Source: Myxococcota bacterium (GTDB taxonomy: Bacteria > Myxococcota_C > UBA6777). Taken from it: 55,531 nucleotides of DNA. Position 1 is the first letter of the stretch, and every line of letters begins with the position of its first letter. Positions 36,455 through 47,064 of this stretch are shown here, piece by piece. Position numbers and translations under genes: made by a program. The stretch covers positions 1 through 55,531 of the forward strand of contig JAKLKB010000030.1 in the NCBI GenBank assembly GCA_023150835.1, given 5' to 3'. The notes under the pieces were generated by a model. It saw nothing but the letters and a program-made list of their open reading frames with translations, was not told the DNA's origin and did no database searches.

Positions 36455-39400
36455 TCACATCCCCAACACAGCGTCGCCGTCTTTTTTGGACTGCTTGGAT
36501 TCAGCGGCTTTATCGGCTTGGGGGGAAGCGTCCTTGGCATCCTTGGCGTCTTTTCCGTCGTTGGCCGGTGCTGCGGGCTTTTTGAGCATATCTGGTGTGG
36601 CTTTCTTCGAAAGATCGAGCTTGGAGAGGGTGGGTTCGATCAACCAGAAACGGGTTTTGCGTTTGCTGAGGACGGTATAAGGGTTCACTTGGTTGAGTTT
36701 GCGTGTGATCTGGTTGCGGCGCAGCTCGACTTGGCGGGTCCATTCGTTGTAAAGGCCGAGTTCTGCGGCTCTCTTCAACACAGCGGAGTATCCTTCGATG
36801 GCGGCGTCTTCGTAGCGCAGCGCGATGTTTTCGAGTTCGCTTTTGTACATCTGTTGGAGGTCGGGTGACAGGTCTTTGGGGATGGGGGCGGCAAAGATCT
36901 TTTCCACGAAGATATGGGTGATCTCGTTCATCCGAAACACCGCAGCAAGCGTCCATTTGGCGACGCCGTAACCTGCAACGGCGGAATAGTCGCCTCGCAG
37001 AGCCGTTCCTGTTTTGATGATGTTTTTGAGAACACCTTTGTCTTTGCGGCTGTTTCCCGTGAATTGGATGGAGATATAAGAGCGTCGTCGCCGCTCTGCC
37101 AAGAAGAATCGGGCTTGAGCGAGCGATTCGAGAGCGGGGCCTTGGCCCATAATGCCCTTGATCTTGTGGCGAACCATCTGATCTCCGAGTGCAACGACCA
37201 TCATATAGCGTTTTTCGGTTTCGGCGTTGTTTCCGAGTTTTTCGTTGGCAGCGGCGATGTGCGCGTGGGCGTACAACAACAGATCGTTTTCCACCAAGTC
37301 CTTCTTCAACGTGCTCAGGGTTTTCAAGACGGCGGGGGCCCCCTTGGCGTCGAGGTCTCGTTCAAATCGCCGAACTGCGGTCGTTAAGAACGTGGAGACT
37401 TTGGCATCTTGATACTTGGCGAGGTACACCTCAAAGGCTTCGATGGCGGCTTTCCATGCTTTGTTGTCTTCGTGGACGGTAGCGATGGCAAGGTAAAGTT
37501 TGGAGGCTTCCTTGTCCTCGGGGAAACGGCGGATGAAGTCCCTGTACAGGATGATGGCGCGTTCGCTTTGTTGAAGGCCACGACGATAGAGGGCTGCGCT
37601 GTAGATGGCGCGGTTTTGTTGGGCGAGCTTTTTCTTTTCGGTGTCTTCAGAGGATTCTTTTGCAACAGCTTTGCCCTTTTTTCCACGCTTTTTTGCGACT
37701 TTCTTTTTGACGATCTTTTTCTTGCCTTTTTTCGGCTTGGCTCCGTCTTCTTCGGCACTTTCAAGGATCTTCATCACGTCTTTTTCGCCATACACGTATT
37801 TTTCATACCAAGACGCGGATTTGTCGTAGTTGGCGATCTGCTCGTAGTGGCCGCCAAGTTCAAACTTGATCTGATCCACAAAACTGGTTTCGGGATAGCG
37901 GCTCACCATCAGCTCGCGATACTTGATGGCATCAAGGATGCGCTTGGAGTTGTTGAAGTTGTTTCCTGCGATGGCAAGGGCGTTTGGAGCACGAGGACTC
38001 ATGACAAAGCTTTTCTTGGTGACCCAAGGGCCTGTTTTTCCGAATTCTTCCTCGTATTTCACGAGTTGTTCTGCGGTTTTGAGTGCGCCAAGTGTTTTTT
38101 GCTCGATGAAGATACGCTGCCATGCGGAGCGGATCACCATCTGGTACATCTCTTCTTTGAACTTGGCGTTTTTGGTGAGTTGCGGATCTTCGATGAAGAT
38201 GCGTGCGTTTTGCTCCAACTGAGGCCAGTCTTGGAGGTCTTCGTAAGAATAGAGGATCATAAATGCCGCACGACGGCTGAGTTCGTGGGTCGGAAACTCT
38301 TTTGCCATCATCGAAAAGATGTTCATCGATTTGCGGTAATGCTTGTAAGAATAGTAGATCGCACCTGTCTTAAAGAAACTTTGTAGGCGTTCTTCTTTGT
38401 CCGACTCTTTTTTGGGATCGAGGATGGTCAGATAACGCTCGTAGGCTTTCATTAAGCGTTGATCCCATTCTTTGATCGTGAGGCGAGTCCATGTGATCTT
38501 GCCGTCTTTGTCTTTGGTCAGACCTTGAAGTTTTTTGCCGGCCCCTTTTAACTCGACGCTGCCGGTGCGTCCGGCGAGTGCTTCATAGCAGAGGATCTCG
38601 GAGAAGGCGGCTTGTTTTTTGAACTGCCCTTGGATCTGGGTGCTGCGTTGGACGGTTTGGTCGTACTGGTAAGCAGCGCGGGCGTAGACCTTGCGAGCGT
38701 CTTCGGGAGGATTGTTTTTGCGGGTTTTGGGGGTGAGTTTTTGGGCTTTGCGATAAAGCAGTTCGGCAAGGTAAAAGCGCAGTTCGTAAGCACTTTCTGA
38801 ACTGGGATAATACTCCAGATATTTTCCGTACAGTTGGATCGCAAAGTCGTAATAAAGCTCTTGGCGCTTGAGATTTTCTTTTTCTTTTTGGGCGTCTTGG
38901 TGGTAACGTGTCGAGTATTCGAGCAACGTTTGTTCTGCGGACTCGTTGGCTTCTTGCCAAACTTTCTTATCGCCGTTCCATCGTTTGTGCCAAGGATTTT
39001 TATCATCAAAGTAAGCCATGAGGTTTTCGACTTCTTTGAAGATCTCTTGGGGCTTGGCGATCTTGGCGATGGATCGGAGGACTTCGTTTTGGAACAGCGG
39101 AGCGTCGGGGCCAAAGTTGTCGGGTTCGCCTTGGGGATTTAGGGTCATCAAGAGCTTGTAGGTCTTGATGGAGAGGGGATAGTTGCCTTGGTTGTAGTAG
39201 CGGCCTGCGAGACGGCGGGTGGCTTTGTAGGCGTACACAGGCCCCATGATGGATTTGAAGTAATTGTAGGCATCATCCGAAACGTCCAAACGTGCGAACA
39301 CAAGGACCAGATCGCGCAAGGCTTCGTCACGCAGGATCACTTTGCTTTCTTTGGTTTTGGCGTAGCGGATGGAGAGTTTGATCACGTGTTTGAATTGTTG

Positions 39401-40369
39401 GAGGGCTTTTTCGTACTCGCCGACGTTGAATTGACACCAGCCGATCATGTACATCGAACGAAGGTTGATGCCGCGCAAGTTGGCCTTGTCATCGAGAGAA
39501 AGATTGGGATCTTTGGTGCGTTCTGCGGTGATGCGAAGGGCGGATTGGTAATTTTCGAGAGCGAGTTGGACTTTGTTTTTGGTGTTGTTGAAGTAGTAGT
39601 CGGCAAGAGCAGTATAAGCATCTGGAACATAACGGCTATTTGGATAATCTTTCAACAATCGGGTGAACATGGTGAGGGCTTCTTGCTTTTTGTCCATGTC
39701 CATGAAGTTGAAGCCGAGGTTGTAGACGACTTCGTCGGCGCGTTCGTACTTGGGGTAAAGTTGGAGCAGTTTTTTGTAGACGTTAACGGCGTTGGTGCGG
39801 TACACGTCGGCTTTGGAGAGTTCGGCTTTGGGAGCGGGGGGGCAGTTTTGGTTGTTGCGTTTGCGGCAATCTTGGTCCCACTCTTCCATTTTTTTGTTGT
39901 GTTCTTCCATCGACAAGAAGCGGAGATATTTGGATTCTTCCCAATATTCTTCGGCCAATTGATAACGCAACTGTGCGTTACGGGCGGGATCTTCTTCATT
40001 GGGGATGAGTGTCTTGTAGGTGTTAATCTTTTGTTGACGGATCTCGGCTTTGGCTTTGTCTGCGAAGACGCCTGCGGTGAGTCCTTGGACCTTTGCGGGG
40101 CGTTGGACTTGCTTTTTGGCTTCTTCGGCACGACGGCGTTCTTCTTCGAGTTCGCGTTGGGTTTTTTTGCGTTTGAGGTTGATCAGCAGCTTATCTTTTT
40201 GCTTACGTTGAAGCTTGAGTTTTTGAAACGAGCCTTCGCGTTTGCCTTTTCGCTCAAAGTCTTTTTGGTCGTAGTTTTGGGCAGAAGCAAGGCCCAAAGA
40301 GAGCGCCCAGAGGGCGGCACATCCGAGGCCAAGCAGCCAAGCATACAACGCGTTGTTTTGGCGGATCAT
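36455..40369 (-). CDS. gltD: GltD/AgmU-like large periplasmic TPR protein
   Basis: 1304 aa; signal peptide; YQLAEEYWEESK, YPNSRYVPDAY, GWCQFNVGEY, LRDEALRDLV and YELRFYLAELLY motifs; C-terminal APIPKDL...Y...LE...A.ELGLYNEW; ATGA-coupled to gltC. Confidence 0.85.
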   Translation of the reverse strand: MIRQNNALYAWLLGLGCAALWALSLGLASAQNYDQKDFERKGKREGSFQKLKLQRKQKDKLLINLKRKKTQRELEEERRRAEEAKKQVQRPAKVQGLTAGVFADKAKAEIRQQKINTYKTLIPNEEDPARNAQLRYQLAEEYWEESKYLRFLSMEEHNKKMEEWDQDCRKRNNQNCPPAPKAELSKADVYRTNAVNVYKKLLQLYPKYERADEVVYNLGFNFMDMDKKQEALTMFTRLLKDYPNSRYVPDAYTALADYYFNNTKNKVQLALENYQSALRITAERTKDPNLSLDDKANLRGINLRSMYMIGWCQFNVGEYEKALQQFKHVIKLSIRYAKTKESKVILRDEALRDLVLVFARLDVSDDAYNYFKSIMGPVYAYKATRRLAGRYYNQGNYPLSIKTYKLLMTLNPQGEPDNFGPDAPLFQNEVLRSIAKIAKPQEIFKEVENLMAYFDDKNPWHKRWNGDKKVWQEANESAEQTLLEYSTRYHQDAQKEKENLKRQELYYDFAIQLYGKYLEYYPSSESAYELRFYLAELLYRKAQKLTPKTRKNNPPEDARKVYARAAYQYDQTVQRSTQIQGQFKKQAAFSEILCYEALAGRTGSVELKGAGKKLQGLTKDKDGKITWTRLTIKEWDQRLMKAYERYLTILDPKKESDKEERLQSFFKTGAIYYSYKHYRKSMNIFSMMAKEFPTHELSRRAAFMILYSYEDLQDWPQLEQNARIFIEDPQLTKNAKFKEEMYQMVIRSAWQRIFIEQKTLGALKTAEQLVKYEEEFGKTGPWVTKKSFVMSPRAPNALAIAGNNFNNSKRILDAIKYRELMVSRYPETSFVDQIKFELGGHYEQIANYDKSASWYEKYVYGEKDVMKILESAEEDGAKPKKGKKKIVKKKVAKKRGKKGKAVAKESSEDTEKKKLAQQNRAIYSAALYRRGLQQSERAIILYRDFIRRFPEDKEASKLYLAIATVHEDNKAWKAAIEAFEVYLAKYQDAKVSTFLTTAVRRFERDLDAKGAPAVLKTLSTLKKDLVENDLLLYAHAHIAAANEKLGNNAETEKRYMMVVALGDQMVRHKIKGIMGQGPALESLAQARFFLAERRRRSYISIQFTGNSRKDKGVLKNIIKTGTALRGDYSAVAGYGVAKWTLAAVFRMNEITHIFVEKIFAAPIPKDLSPDLQQMYKSELENIALRYEDAAIEGYSAVLKRAAELGLYNEWTRQVELRRNQITRKLNQVNPYTVLSKRKTRFWLIEPTLSKLDLSKKATPDMLKKPAAPANDGKDAKDAKDASPQADKAAESKQSKKDGDAVLGM

Positions 40370-42195
40370 CGCTTACATTCTCCCTGAATAAATTGACGGT
40401 AGTGGGCCACTTCATCGAGCCAGAACTCGCCTTGGTAGGGCCAAAAGATATGGCTTTGTTCTGTGATCAAGGTGTAGCGGTATTCGTCTTGTTCGATACC
40501 GCCGCCTTGTGCGTAGCGATCGAGCTCTTGCTTTTGTTTTTGCAAGGTTTCGAGCTTGATGACTTGGGCCTGATTGACTTGTTTGGTGACATCCTTGCGG
40601 ATGGACTCGAGGGCTGCGTGGATGCTGAGGCCCGCTCGGCGTTTGAGGGCTTCACGGGTTTTGAGGGCCGTTTCAAGCAAGGCACGCCCGAGGTTTGAGG
40701 TCTTCCATGCGGAGCCGCGAGTGCGGATGATCTCGATCTCGGCGTCGGTTTTGTCCATGAGGCTTTGGTAGTTGCGCAGCGATTTGTCTTGTTCAACAAG
40801 TGCAATGAGAGAGGGGAGAAGATCCGTAGTTTTGCCTTCTTTAAGCAGCGTTTGTTGGCTTCGGAAGTACTCGTAGTATTGGGCGATCCAGTTCTCCTTG
40901 GTGCGTCGGGCAACCAATATTTTGAGTTTATCTTGGAGCGGTTTAAAGAACGCTTCAAAGCGTGCGATCGATTGTTTGGTTTCTTCGTATTTGCAGTTTT
41001 GGAAGTAGATCAGAGACTGGAGGATCTGGAGTTCGGGGAAGAAGCTGATCTGATAAAAGGCCGACTGGAGGCCCAAGATGCGCCCAAGGGAGAAGTGATA
41101 GTACTTGAGCATATAAAAGACCCAAGAGGTTTCAAAGAGGACTTCTCCTTTGGTCAGGCCGCGCTGTTTGGGGACTTTGCGGTATTCCCGAAGGGAGGCG
41201 ACAAGGTGTTCTGGGCCTTTGGGGTTGTCGAGGTTAAAAACACCGAGAGCGTAATAAGAGCGGGCGATACCGAGTTGTGCGAATTCTTTGATTTGGAGGA
41301 GTTCTTGGCGTAGTGCTTTTTCTTCGGGCTTATCGCCGGTGGGTAGGGGGAGATCGATGATGCGTTGGAAGTATTCGATGGCTCCCTCGTTGTAGCCGAC
41401 TTGGGCGTTGCGTGTGCCCATGAGATAGAGGGCTTTGGCGAAGTAGTTGTAGGGGGCGCGCTTGCGGACTTGGCTGAGGAGAACGATGGGCATATAGATG
41501 TATTCGGTATTGGTGCGGCCAAAGACGAAGTAGTAGCGGCCCATGAGGTAGGAGAAGGCGTCCTTAAAATCGTCGATACGTTTGTGCCAGCGTTGGGTGA
41601 GGTCGGGGTTGCGTTTGACGTTGGGGGGGACAGGGAACAGATAGGGGATGGGGTCGGTTAATGCGGGGATTTCGATTTTTTTGCTTGTGCGTGTCAGTCG
41701 AAGAGCACGGATATTTGTGGGGATACGTCGAAGGATCTGGATCCGTCCAAGGCGTTCGAGGGTTAAGGTTTCATCGCCTGTTGCGGAGGCTGTTTGGATC
41801 ATGCGATCGAGCGCAAGCAGGAAGTTGCCGTCGGGGCGTCGTTTTTTGGGGTCGGCGATATCGAGGGATTGGGTCTCGCGCAAGACTTCGTTAAAGTATC
41901 CAGAGGAGACGATACCGAGTTGCATCCGAAAGAGGGCGCGTGCGAGCAAGAGGCGGGCAGCGCGTTGAAATTTAGGGAGGGCGGTACCGTTTTCGATGAT
42001 ATCGAAGAAGTCGACGGACGCGCCTTCAAAGTCGTTGCTTTTGTACTTGACACGGGCGCGGCTAAAGAGGCTTCGGATCTCGCGTTCGGTCATCATGGCT
42101 TGTGCAGCCACAGGTTCAACATACAAACAAGAGGTAAGAAGGGCGGCAGCAAGCGCCAGCATCCACCTCGACATACGTCCGGTTTTTTGCAACAT
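40366..42195 (-). CDS. gltC: GltC/NfsC-like TPR protein
   Basis: VLFETSW, FFPELQILQSLIYFQNCKY and the characteristic C-terminal FWPYQGEFWLDEVAHYR...C motif. Confidence 0.85.
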   Translation of the reverse strand: MLQKTGRMSRWMLALAAALLTSCLYVEPVAAQAMMTEREIRSLFSRARVKYKSNDFEGASVDFFDIIENGTALPKFQRAARLLLARALFRMQLGIVSSGYFNEVLRETQSLDIADPKKRRPDGNFLLALDRMIQTASATGDETLTLERLGRIQILRRIPTNIRALRLTRTSKKIEIPALTDPIPYLFPVPPNVKRNPDLTQRWHKRIDDFKDAFSYLMGRYYFVFGRTNTEYIYMPIVLLSQVRKRAPYNYFAKALYLMGTRNAQVGYNEGAIEYFQRIIDLPLPTGDKPEEKALRQELLQIKEFAQLGIARSYYALGVFNLDNPKGPEHLVASLREYRKVPKQRGLTKGEVLFETSWVFYMLKYYHFSLGRILGLQSAFYQISFFPELQILQSLIYFQNCKYEETKQSIARFEAFFKPLQDKLKILVARRTKENWIAQYYEYFRSQQTLLKEGKTTDLLPSLIALVEQDKSLRNYQSLMDKTDAEIEIIRTRGSAWKTSNLGRALLETALKTREALKRRAGLSIHAALESIRKDVTKQVNQAQVIKLETLQKQKQELDRYAQGGGIEQDEYRYTLITEQSHIFWPYQGEFWLDEVAHYRQFIQGECKR

Positions 42196-42214
42196 GCGTC
42201 ACTCCTGCCAAGGT

Positions 42215-42928
42215 TTAAAAGAAGAAGCTAAAGCCAAGATTGAGTGCCATATCGACACGGAACAAGTCTTGTTTTCGGCTTTCAAAGTGATCGGGCATAA
42301 ACAGCACACGAAACTCCCATCGGAAGGCGAGAAAGCGCAGCAAGAAGTAGCGTTGTCCGAGGCCGACGCCGCCAAAGGGGGCAAAGCCGGGGCTGCCTTT
42401 GGCACCTTTTTCGGTCAACACGTTTTCGGCTGCGGGTAGATCGCTGGGTGGGGGGAAGGTCAAAAAGACGCCACCAAGGACGGTAAAGAAGACATCGTAA
42501 TGGATGATCGCTTGGCTGAAGAGGTTAAATTTTCCGTAGAATGGGGCGAATCGAAACTCTGCACCAACGGTTGACAAGAAGAAGGGACGGCGAACGTCGG
42601 GTTTGACGCGGAAGGTGCCTTGTTCGTTTTGGAGTTGGTTGGTGAGTCCGGTGGGGACGTCAAAGCTGCCTGTGGCGAGGAGTCCGAGCGCAAACCATTC
42701 GTTGAGATGGTACATATAGCCGAGGCTGACGTTATAGACCTGATAGAAAGGATCGTTGGTGACGAGACCAAGACTGAGGTTGAGTTCTTGTTTTTGGGTT
42801 TTGGTGTAGAGGCGCTTTTTGAGGGCGTCGTCACCGGGGCGAAAGCGATCGGATGGACTGTCTGCGTGAGATGTGCGGGGGAGGCAGAGGAAGCCGAGAA
42901 CAACAAGCACAAGCGTGAACTTTTTCAT
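42215..42928 (-). CDS. Outer-membrane beta-barrel of GltA/GltB (NfsA/B) type
   Basis: Signal peptide; NDPFY, FAPFYGKFNLF and GLGQRYFL motifs; C-terminal GFSFFF beta-signal; first gene of the glt cluster. Confidence 0.85.
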   Translation of the reverse strand: MKKFTLVLVVLGFLCLPRTSHADSPSDRFRPGDDALKKRLYTKTQKQELNLSLGLVTNDPFYQVYNVSLGYMYHLNEWFALGLLATGSFDVPTGLTNQLQNEQGTFRVKPDVRRPFFLSTVGAEFRFAPFYGKFNLFSQAIIHYDVFFTVLGGVFLTFPPPSDLPAAENVLTEKGAKGSPGFAPFGGVGLGQRYFLLRFLAFRWEFRVLFMPDHFESRKQDLFRVDMALNLGFSFFF

Positions 42929-43230
42929 GACTGAACCTTATAGCGTAAGGGTCCGAGAGCATCGTGCATTCGCGTCAATCTCGCGGTCAAGGATTGCGTG
43001 CCGAACAATAAAGACTTGCGAACAAAAAGTCAGGAGACAAAACAAGCCGTTGTGAGGTCATCAAGAACCCCATTGGGGGGGCCACACGCGAAGTCGAGAG
43101 TGTCTAGCACAATTCGACAGGCATTTCAAGAAGCAGCGTGCGGTTTTGTATGGCAACGCAGCGATATGCTTTGGGGCAAGGGCAAAAGCCGCATCGCTTG
43201 TTGGGTGGAGTGGAGACGCAAGAGAAGATG

Positions 43231-43989
43231 TCATGGGGTGTTTGGGTTAAAGGTGAGGGCCAAGCGTGCGGCTATCTTGTCGGCGGAGCCTTGTTCGATG
43301 GTATAGCTGAGTTCTTCGGAAGAAGCGATCTGGTTTTGTCCTGCGTCAAGGGCGCGGGCGAAGACGTTGCGGTTGTTTGCGAAAGGGACGTTGGTTAAGA
43401 TCGCGAACTTGGGTTTGGGCTGTCCATCGATCAGACGAACGAAGAGGTTTTCTTCTTTGACGTCGTTGAAGGCTTTGAGTACAAATTGCAAGCGTTTGGC
43501 GGCTTCAGGGATATCGTTTGTGAAGCGGATGATCAGGGTTCCGGTGGTTACGCCTTGTCGGCGACCGAGAGAGAGCGTGACTGCGCTTTGGATGTTGTCG
43601 CCCGATTTCTCGACTTGAAAGGCTGGGGTGCTGCCGTTGGACACGGAGCGACCGGTCGAGTCGTAGGTGACGATCGTGAGTTTGCGTTCGCCGCCGTAGG
43701 GGATCTGTTTGAGGGGGATGGGTGGGATCTGGCATTTGCCTGTTTGGGAGTTCCAAAAAAGGTCGGTGGGTTGAAAGCCTTCGGTGAACTTGGCGTTGAC
43801 GATCTCTTCTTGTTGTTCGGTGAGTTTTTCGACGGTGAATTCCATCTGATAGACGCCGACGCATGGGAGGTCGGTCTTTTCTTCGACGCGGATCACGAAG
43901 CGTTCGATATAAGAGCAACTGCCGAGTTGCGTAAGGGTCAAGACAAACAACAACGCAGAAGGCCAAGAGGGACAAGCGAAACGTTTCAT
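43231..43989 (-). CDS. Hypothetical beta-rich lipoprotein
   Basis: Lipobox in MKRFACPSWPSALLFVLTLTQLGSC; ORF is co-oriented with the flanking genes. Confidence 0.72.
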   Translation of the reverse strand: MKRFACPSWPSALLFVLTLTQLGSCSYIERFVIRVEEKTDLPCVGVYQMEFTVEKLTEQQEEIVNAKFTEGFQPTDLFWNSQTGKCQIPPIPLKQIPYGGERKLTIVTYDSTGRSVSNGSTPAFQVEKSGDNIQSAVTLSLGRRQGVTTGTLIIRFTNDIPEAAKRLQFVLKAFNDVKEENLFVRLIDGQPKPKFAILTNVPFANNRNVFARALDAGQNQIASSEELSYTIEQGSADKIAARLALTFNPNTP

Positions 43990-44107
43990 TCTTTTTCCAT
44001 ATACTTTATCGGTACATACGAGACGTTTTGGGGGGGCCTTTCTTTGTGAACCACCCAATGCGGAGGCTTTAGGGCTTGATGGGTGAACCGATCAAGCGCC
44101 GATGGGT

Positions 44108-45652
44108 TTATTGAGTGCCAGAAGCGGTGGTGGTGGTTACAATAAAAGTGGCGCTAGGTGGTGCGCTATTTTGTGCGATCAGGACGCCAGCGGTGACGGC
44201 ACCAGCGCCGACGACGGCGACAACGATAATGGTCCAAAACCACCATTTTTGTGCGATGGATTCGCCCTTGGGTTCAGGCTTTTGGGGTTTTTCTGTGATG
44301 CGTTTTTCGGGTTCGCGGCGTGGTTCGATGGCGGCGACGCGGCGTTCGGGTTCGGGGTCGGGTTCGGAGCGGCGTTCGGGTTCGGAGCGGCGTTCGGGTT
44401 CACTGCGGGCGATGGGTTCGGCGCGTCGTTCGGGTTCGGGTTCGCGTCGGATGACAGGGGGTGGGTCAGGGCGGCGGACGGGTTCTGCGAGGGGAGAGAG
44501 TCGTTGTTCGAGTTGTTGGGCGTAGGCGACGATGGCGCTGCGATGTTCATCCCGAGACAGGCCGATGGGGAGTTTGTGGTAGGTGATATTTTTGGCGTCT
44601 TTTTGGTATTTGGCGATGTAGAGCAAGATGACGCTTCCGCCATCTTTTTTGGAAAAGCGTCTGGGTTCGAGCATATAGAGGTGATCGACGCTGAGTTTGT
44701 CGCGGATCGACTCAAGGCGATCGAGGACGAGGGGATCGACGGCGGCGGCTTTGTCGAAGATGGGGATGCCGTCGAGGGAGAGAGCTTTGGGATCACGTTC
44801 GAGGGAGACGTTGTTTTTGAGGCTGGTGCGGCTGCCGAGCTTTTTTTTATCAAAGTTGGCGATACTTTTCCACATCTTGTAGCCGTTGTGTTCGACGCGA
44901 AACAGGTGACGGCCAAGAGGGATCTCGCGGATGGTGACGGGGGTTTTTCCGACAAGGCGTTGATTGTAGTAGACTTTTGCGTTGTTGGGGGTGGAGTCGA
45001 GAGACAGCGAGTAGTTGGCGCTGCGTTTGACCCAGTCGCGTATCGTATTGAAATATTTGACGAATTGCTCGGGATATTTGCCTTCATCGGGTTGGTATTC
45101 GGGGTTGAATTGAGCTGCGCGGATGACGTATTCCCGTGTTTTGGGGCCATTGCGCATCTGGAGGTAGGCAAGGCCGTGGAGCAAGTAAAGCTCGGTGAAG
45201 AGGTTGGGATCCGTCACCCAATCTTCGATGTGTGGGGCAAGTTTGTTGGCTTTTTCGAGGGCTTTGAGGGCAAAGCCGGCATAGCGGGGTTGATTAAAGG
45301 AGCAAAGTTTTTGGCCTTTTTCGAGGTAACGGCGGAAGTATGTAATGCGGATCTCAGTTTTTCGGTCGATGGTTTGGACATTATTGAGGCGGTTGGTGAG
45401 ATCCGCTTCTTCCATGACGTCGAGGCGGGGGCGTTGTCGAAGTGCCCAGCGGTAGAGGCGTTGGATCCATTCGGCCTCGGTGCTGTCGAGGTTTGTGTTG
45501 GATTTGTAGGGGATGAGAGCGATCTTGGGCTTGGTGTTTGCGTGGGAGTTGGAGAACCAAGTCAAGGGGAGAAAAAACAGCAGGGGCAAGACTATGCAGC
45601 GAAAGAAGGTGCGTTGCTGTGGGGGGAGGGTGGGGGTGAACTGTGGGGCCAT
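44108..45652 (-). CDS. PEGA-domain protein with EPERR repeats and C-terminal TM anchor
   Basis: AGGAG RBS; PEGA motif SLSLDSTPNNAKVYYNQRLVGKTP...GRHLFRVEHNGY; KWWFWTIIVVAVVGAG TM segment. Confidence 0.82.
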   Translation of the reverse strand: MAPQFTPTLPPQQRTFFRCIVLPLLFFLPLTWFSNSHANTKPKIALIPYKSNTNLDSTEAEWIQRLYRWALRQRPRLDVMEEADLTNRLNNVQTIDRKTEIRITYFRRYLEKGQKLCSFNQPRYAGFALKALEKANKLAPHIEDWVTDPNLFTELYLLHGLAYLQMRNGPKTREYVIRAAQFNPEYQPDEGKYPEQFVKYFNTIRDWVKRSANYSLSLDSTPNNAKVYYNQRLVGKTPVTIREIPLGRHLFRVEHNGYKMWKSIANFDKKKLGSRTSLKNNVSLERDPKALSLDGIPIFDKAAAVDPLVLDRLESIRDKLSVDHLYMLEPRRFSKKDGGSVILLYIAKYQKDAKNITYHKLPIGLSRDEHRSAIVAYAQQLEQRLSPLAEPVRRPDPPPVIRREPEPERRAEPIARSEPERRSEPERRSEPDPEPERRVAAIEPRREPEKRITEKPQKPEPKGESIAQKWWFWTIIVVAVVGAGAVTAGVLIAQNSAPPSATFIVTTTTASGTQ

Positions 45653-45698
45653 GCTTTTTTCTCCTGCCGCAAACGAGAGTGTGTACTCAAGAGGCGGA

Positions 45699-46841
45699 CT
45701 ATCGGGCAATAAAACGCTCTAGCTTTTTGACATAGGAAAGGATGGCGCGTTGTCCATCCGCGTTGGTATCGCCGACGCGGATGCTTTTGTATTCGATACG
45801 TTTTGCGCCTTTGCGGTAGGTGGCGATTTGAAGAACGCTGAGGGTATCGCCATTGACGGTGATATTTTGGGGTTGTGCGATAAAGAGATATTCGGCGTTG
45901 AGGCGATTGCTGATGGATTCGAGGCGATCGAGGACAATGGGGTCTTCGCCGGTGCCTTTTTCAAACATGGGGATGCCGTCGAGGTTGAGGGCTTGGGGAT
46001 CACGGCTCAAGGGGACGGTGGTGCGGAGGCTACGTCGATCTCGGAGTTTGGCTTTATCGAAGTTGGCGGCGGTGTTCCAGCGGTTGTAGCCGTCTAGTTC
46101 GATGCGCAAGAGATGGCGTCCGAGGGGGATGTTGGGGATGGTGGTGGGAGTTTTTCCGACAAGGCGATGATTGTAGTACACGCGTCCACCGGGCGGATTA
46201 GAGGCGAGAGTGAGGGAGTACTGTGCGCTTTCTTTGACTTCTTTGCTGATGCCACCGAAGAAGTCGACGAATCCGGCGGGGAAAGCGTCACCGAGGCGTT
46301 GGAAATCAGGATTGAATTGAACGGTTTTGGTGACGTAGGTACGGGCTTGATCTTGGTCTTTGCTGATGAAGTGGGCGAGTGCGGTGTAGAGATAGAATTC
46401 GGTCATTAGCTGCGGATCAGTGAGTTCGTTTTGAAGGTCAGGGATCATCTCTTCGGCCTTGTTGAGGGCTTTGAGTGCGAACTTGCCGAAGCGGGGCTGA
46501 CCGATGGCGCACAATTTTTTACCTTTGTCAAGGTAGTCTTGAAAGCGTTTGATCTGTTCGTGGGTTTCGTTGCTCACGGGTTTGACGTTGTTGAGCGAAT
46601 CAAGGACTTGTTTTTTGCTGAGCAGATCAAGGCGTGTGCGGCCTTCCATGGCGCGTTGGAAGTATAGTTTAAGGATGCCAACGCGGGCAGGATCGAGATT
46701 GGAGGTGGAGGCGTAGGGGAGGATCGCGATGCGTTTTTTTGCGGCGGAGGCGGAGGCTTGTAGTGCAAGCGAGAGGGCAAGGGAGGCCAAAAGCCCGACT
46801 GGTATGTTGAGAGATTGTTTCCATCCACCCGAAAGCTTCAT
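45699..46841 (-). CDS. PEGA-domain protein, soluble paralogue of 44108-45652
   Basis: GAGGAG RBS; signal peptide; collinear similarity (GKKLC..QPR, TDP.L.TE.YL, LVGKTP.TI..IPLGRHL, LDRLESI); lacks the TM tail. Confidence 0.82.
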   Translation of the reverse strand: MKLSGGWKQSLNIPVGLLASLALSLALQASASAAKKRIAILPYASTSNLDPARVGILKLYFQRAMEGRTRLDLLSKKQVLDSLNNVKPVSNETHEQIKRFQDYLDKGKKLCAIGQPRFGKFALKALNKAEEMIPDLQNELTDPQLMTEFYLYTALAHFISKDQDQARTYVTKTVQFNPDFQRLGDAFPAGFVDFFGGISKEVKESAQYSLTLASNPPGGRVYYNHRLVGKTPTTIPNIPLGRHLLRIELDGYNRWNTAANFDKAKLRDRRSLRTTVPLSRDPQALNLDGIPMFEKGTGEDPIVLDRLESISNRLNAEYLFIAQPQNITVNGDTLSVLQIATYRKGAKRIEYKSIRVGDTNADGQRAILSYVKKLERFIAR

Positions 46842-47064
46842 GCTTGTTCTCCTCGTGGTTGCCTTGGTCTTGTGGTCGGATCCGCAGGGTTTTGTGTGTT
46901 GATCGGTGCTGTGTTCGGCAGCTTTTGCGCTGGTTTTCGAGTACACGATCATTTGCGCTGGTCTGTTGTATCGAAATCACCTGCGAAGATCAAGCGGATG
47001 GTGATCCCAAACGAAGAGAAGGGGAGCGAGACAGAGAGGGGAAGAGTGGCGCGGATAGAGGGTT

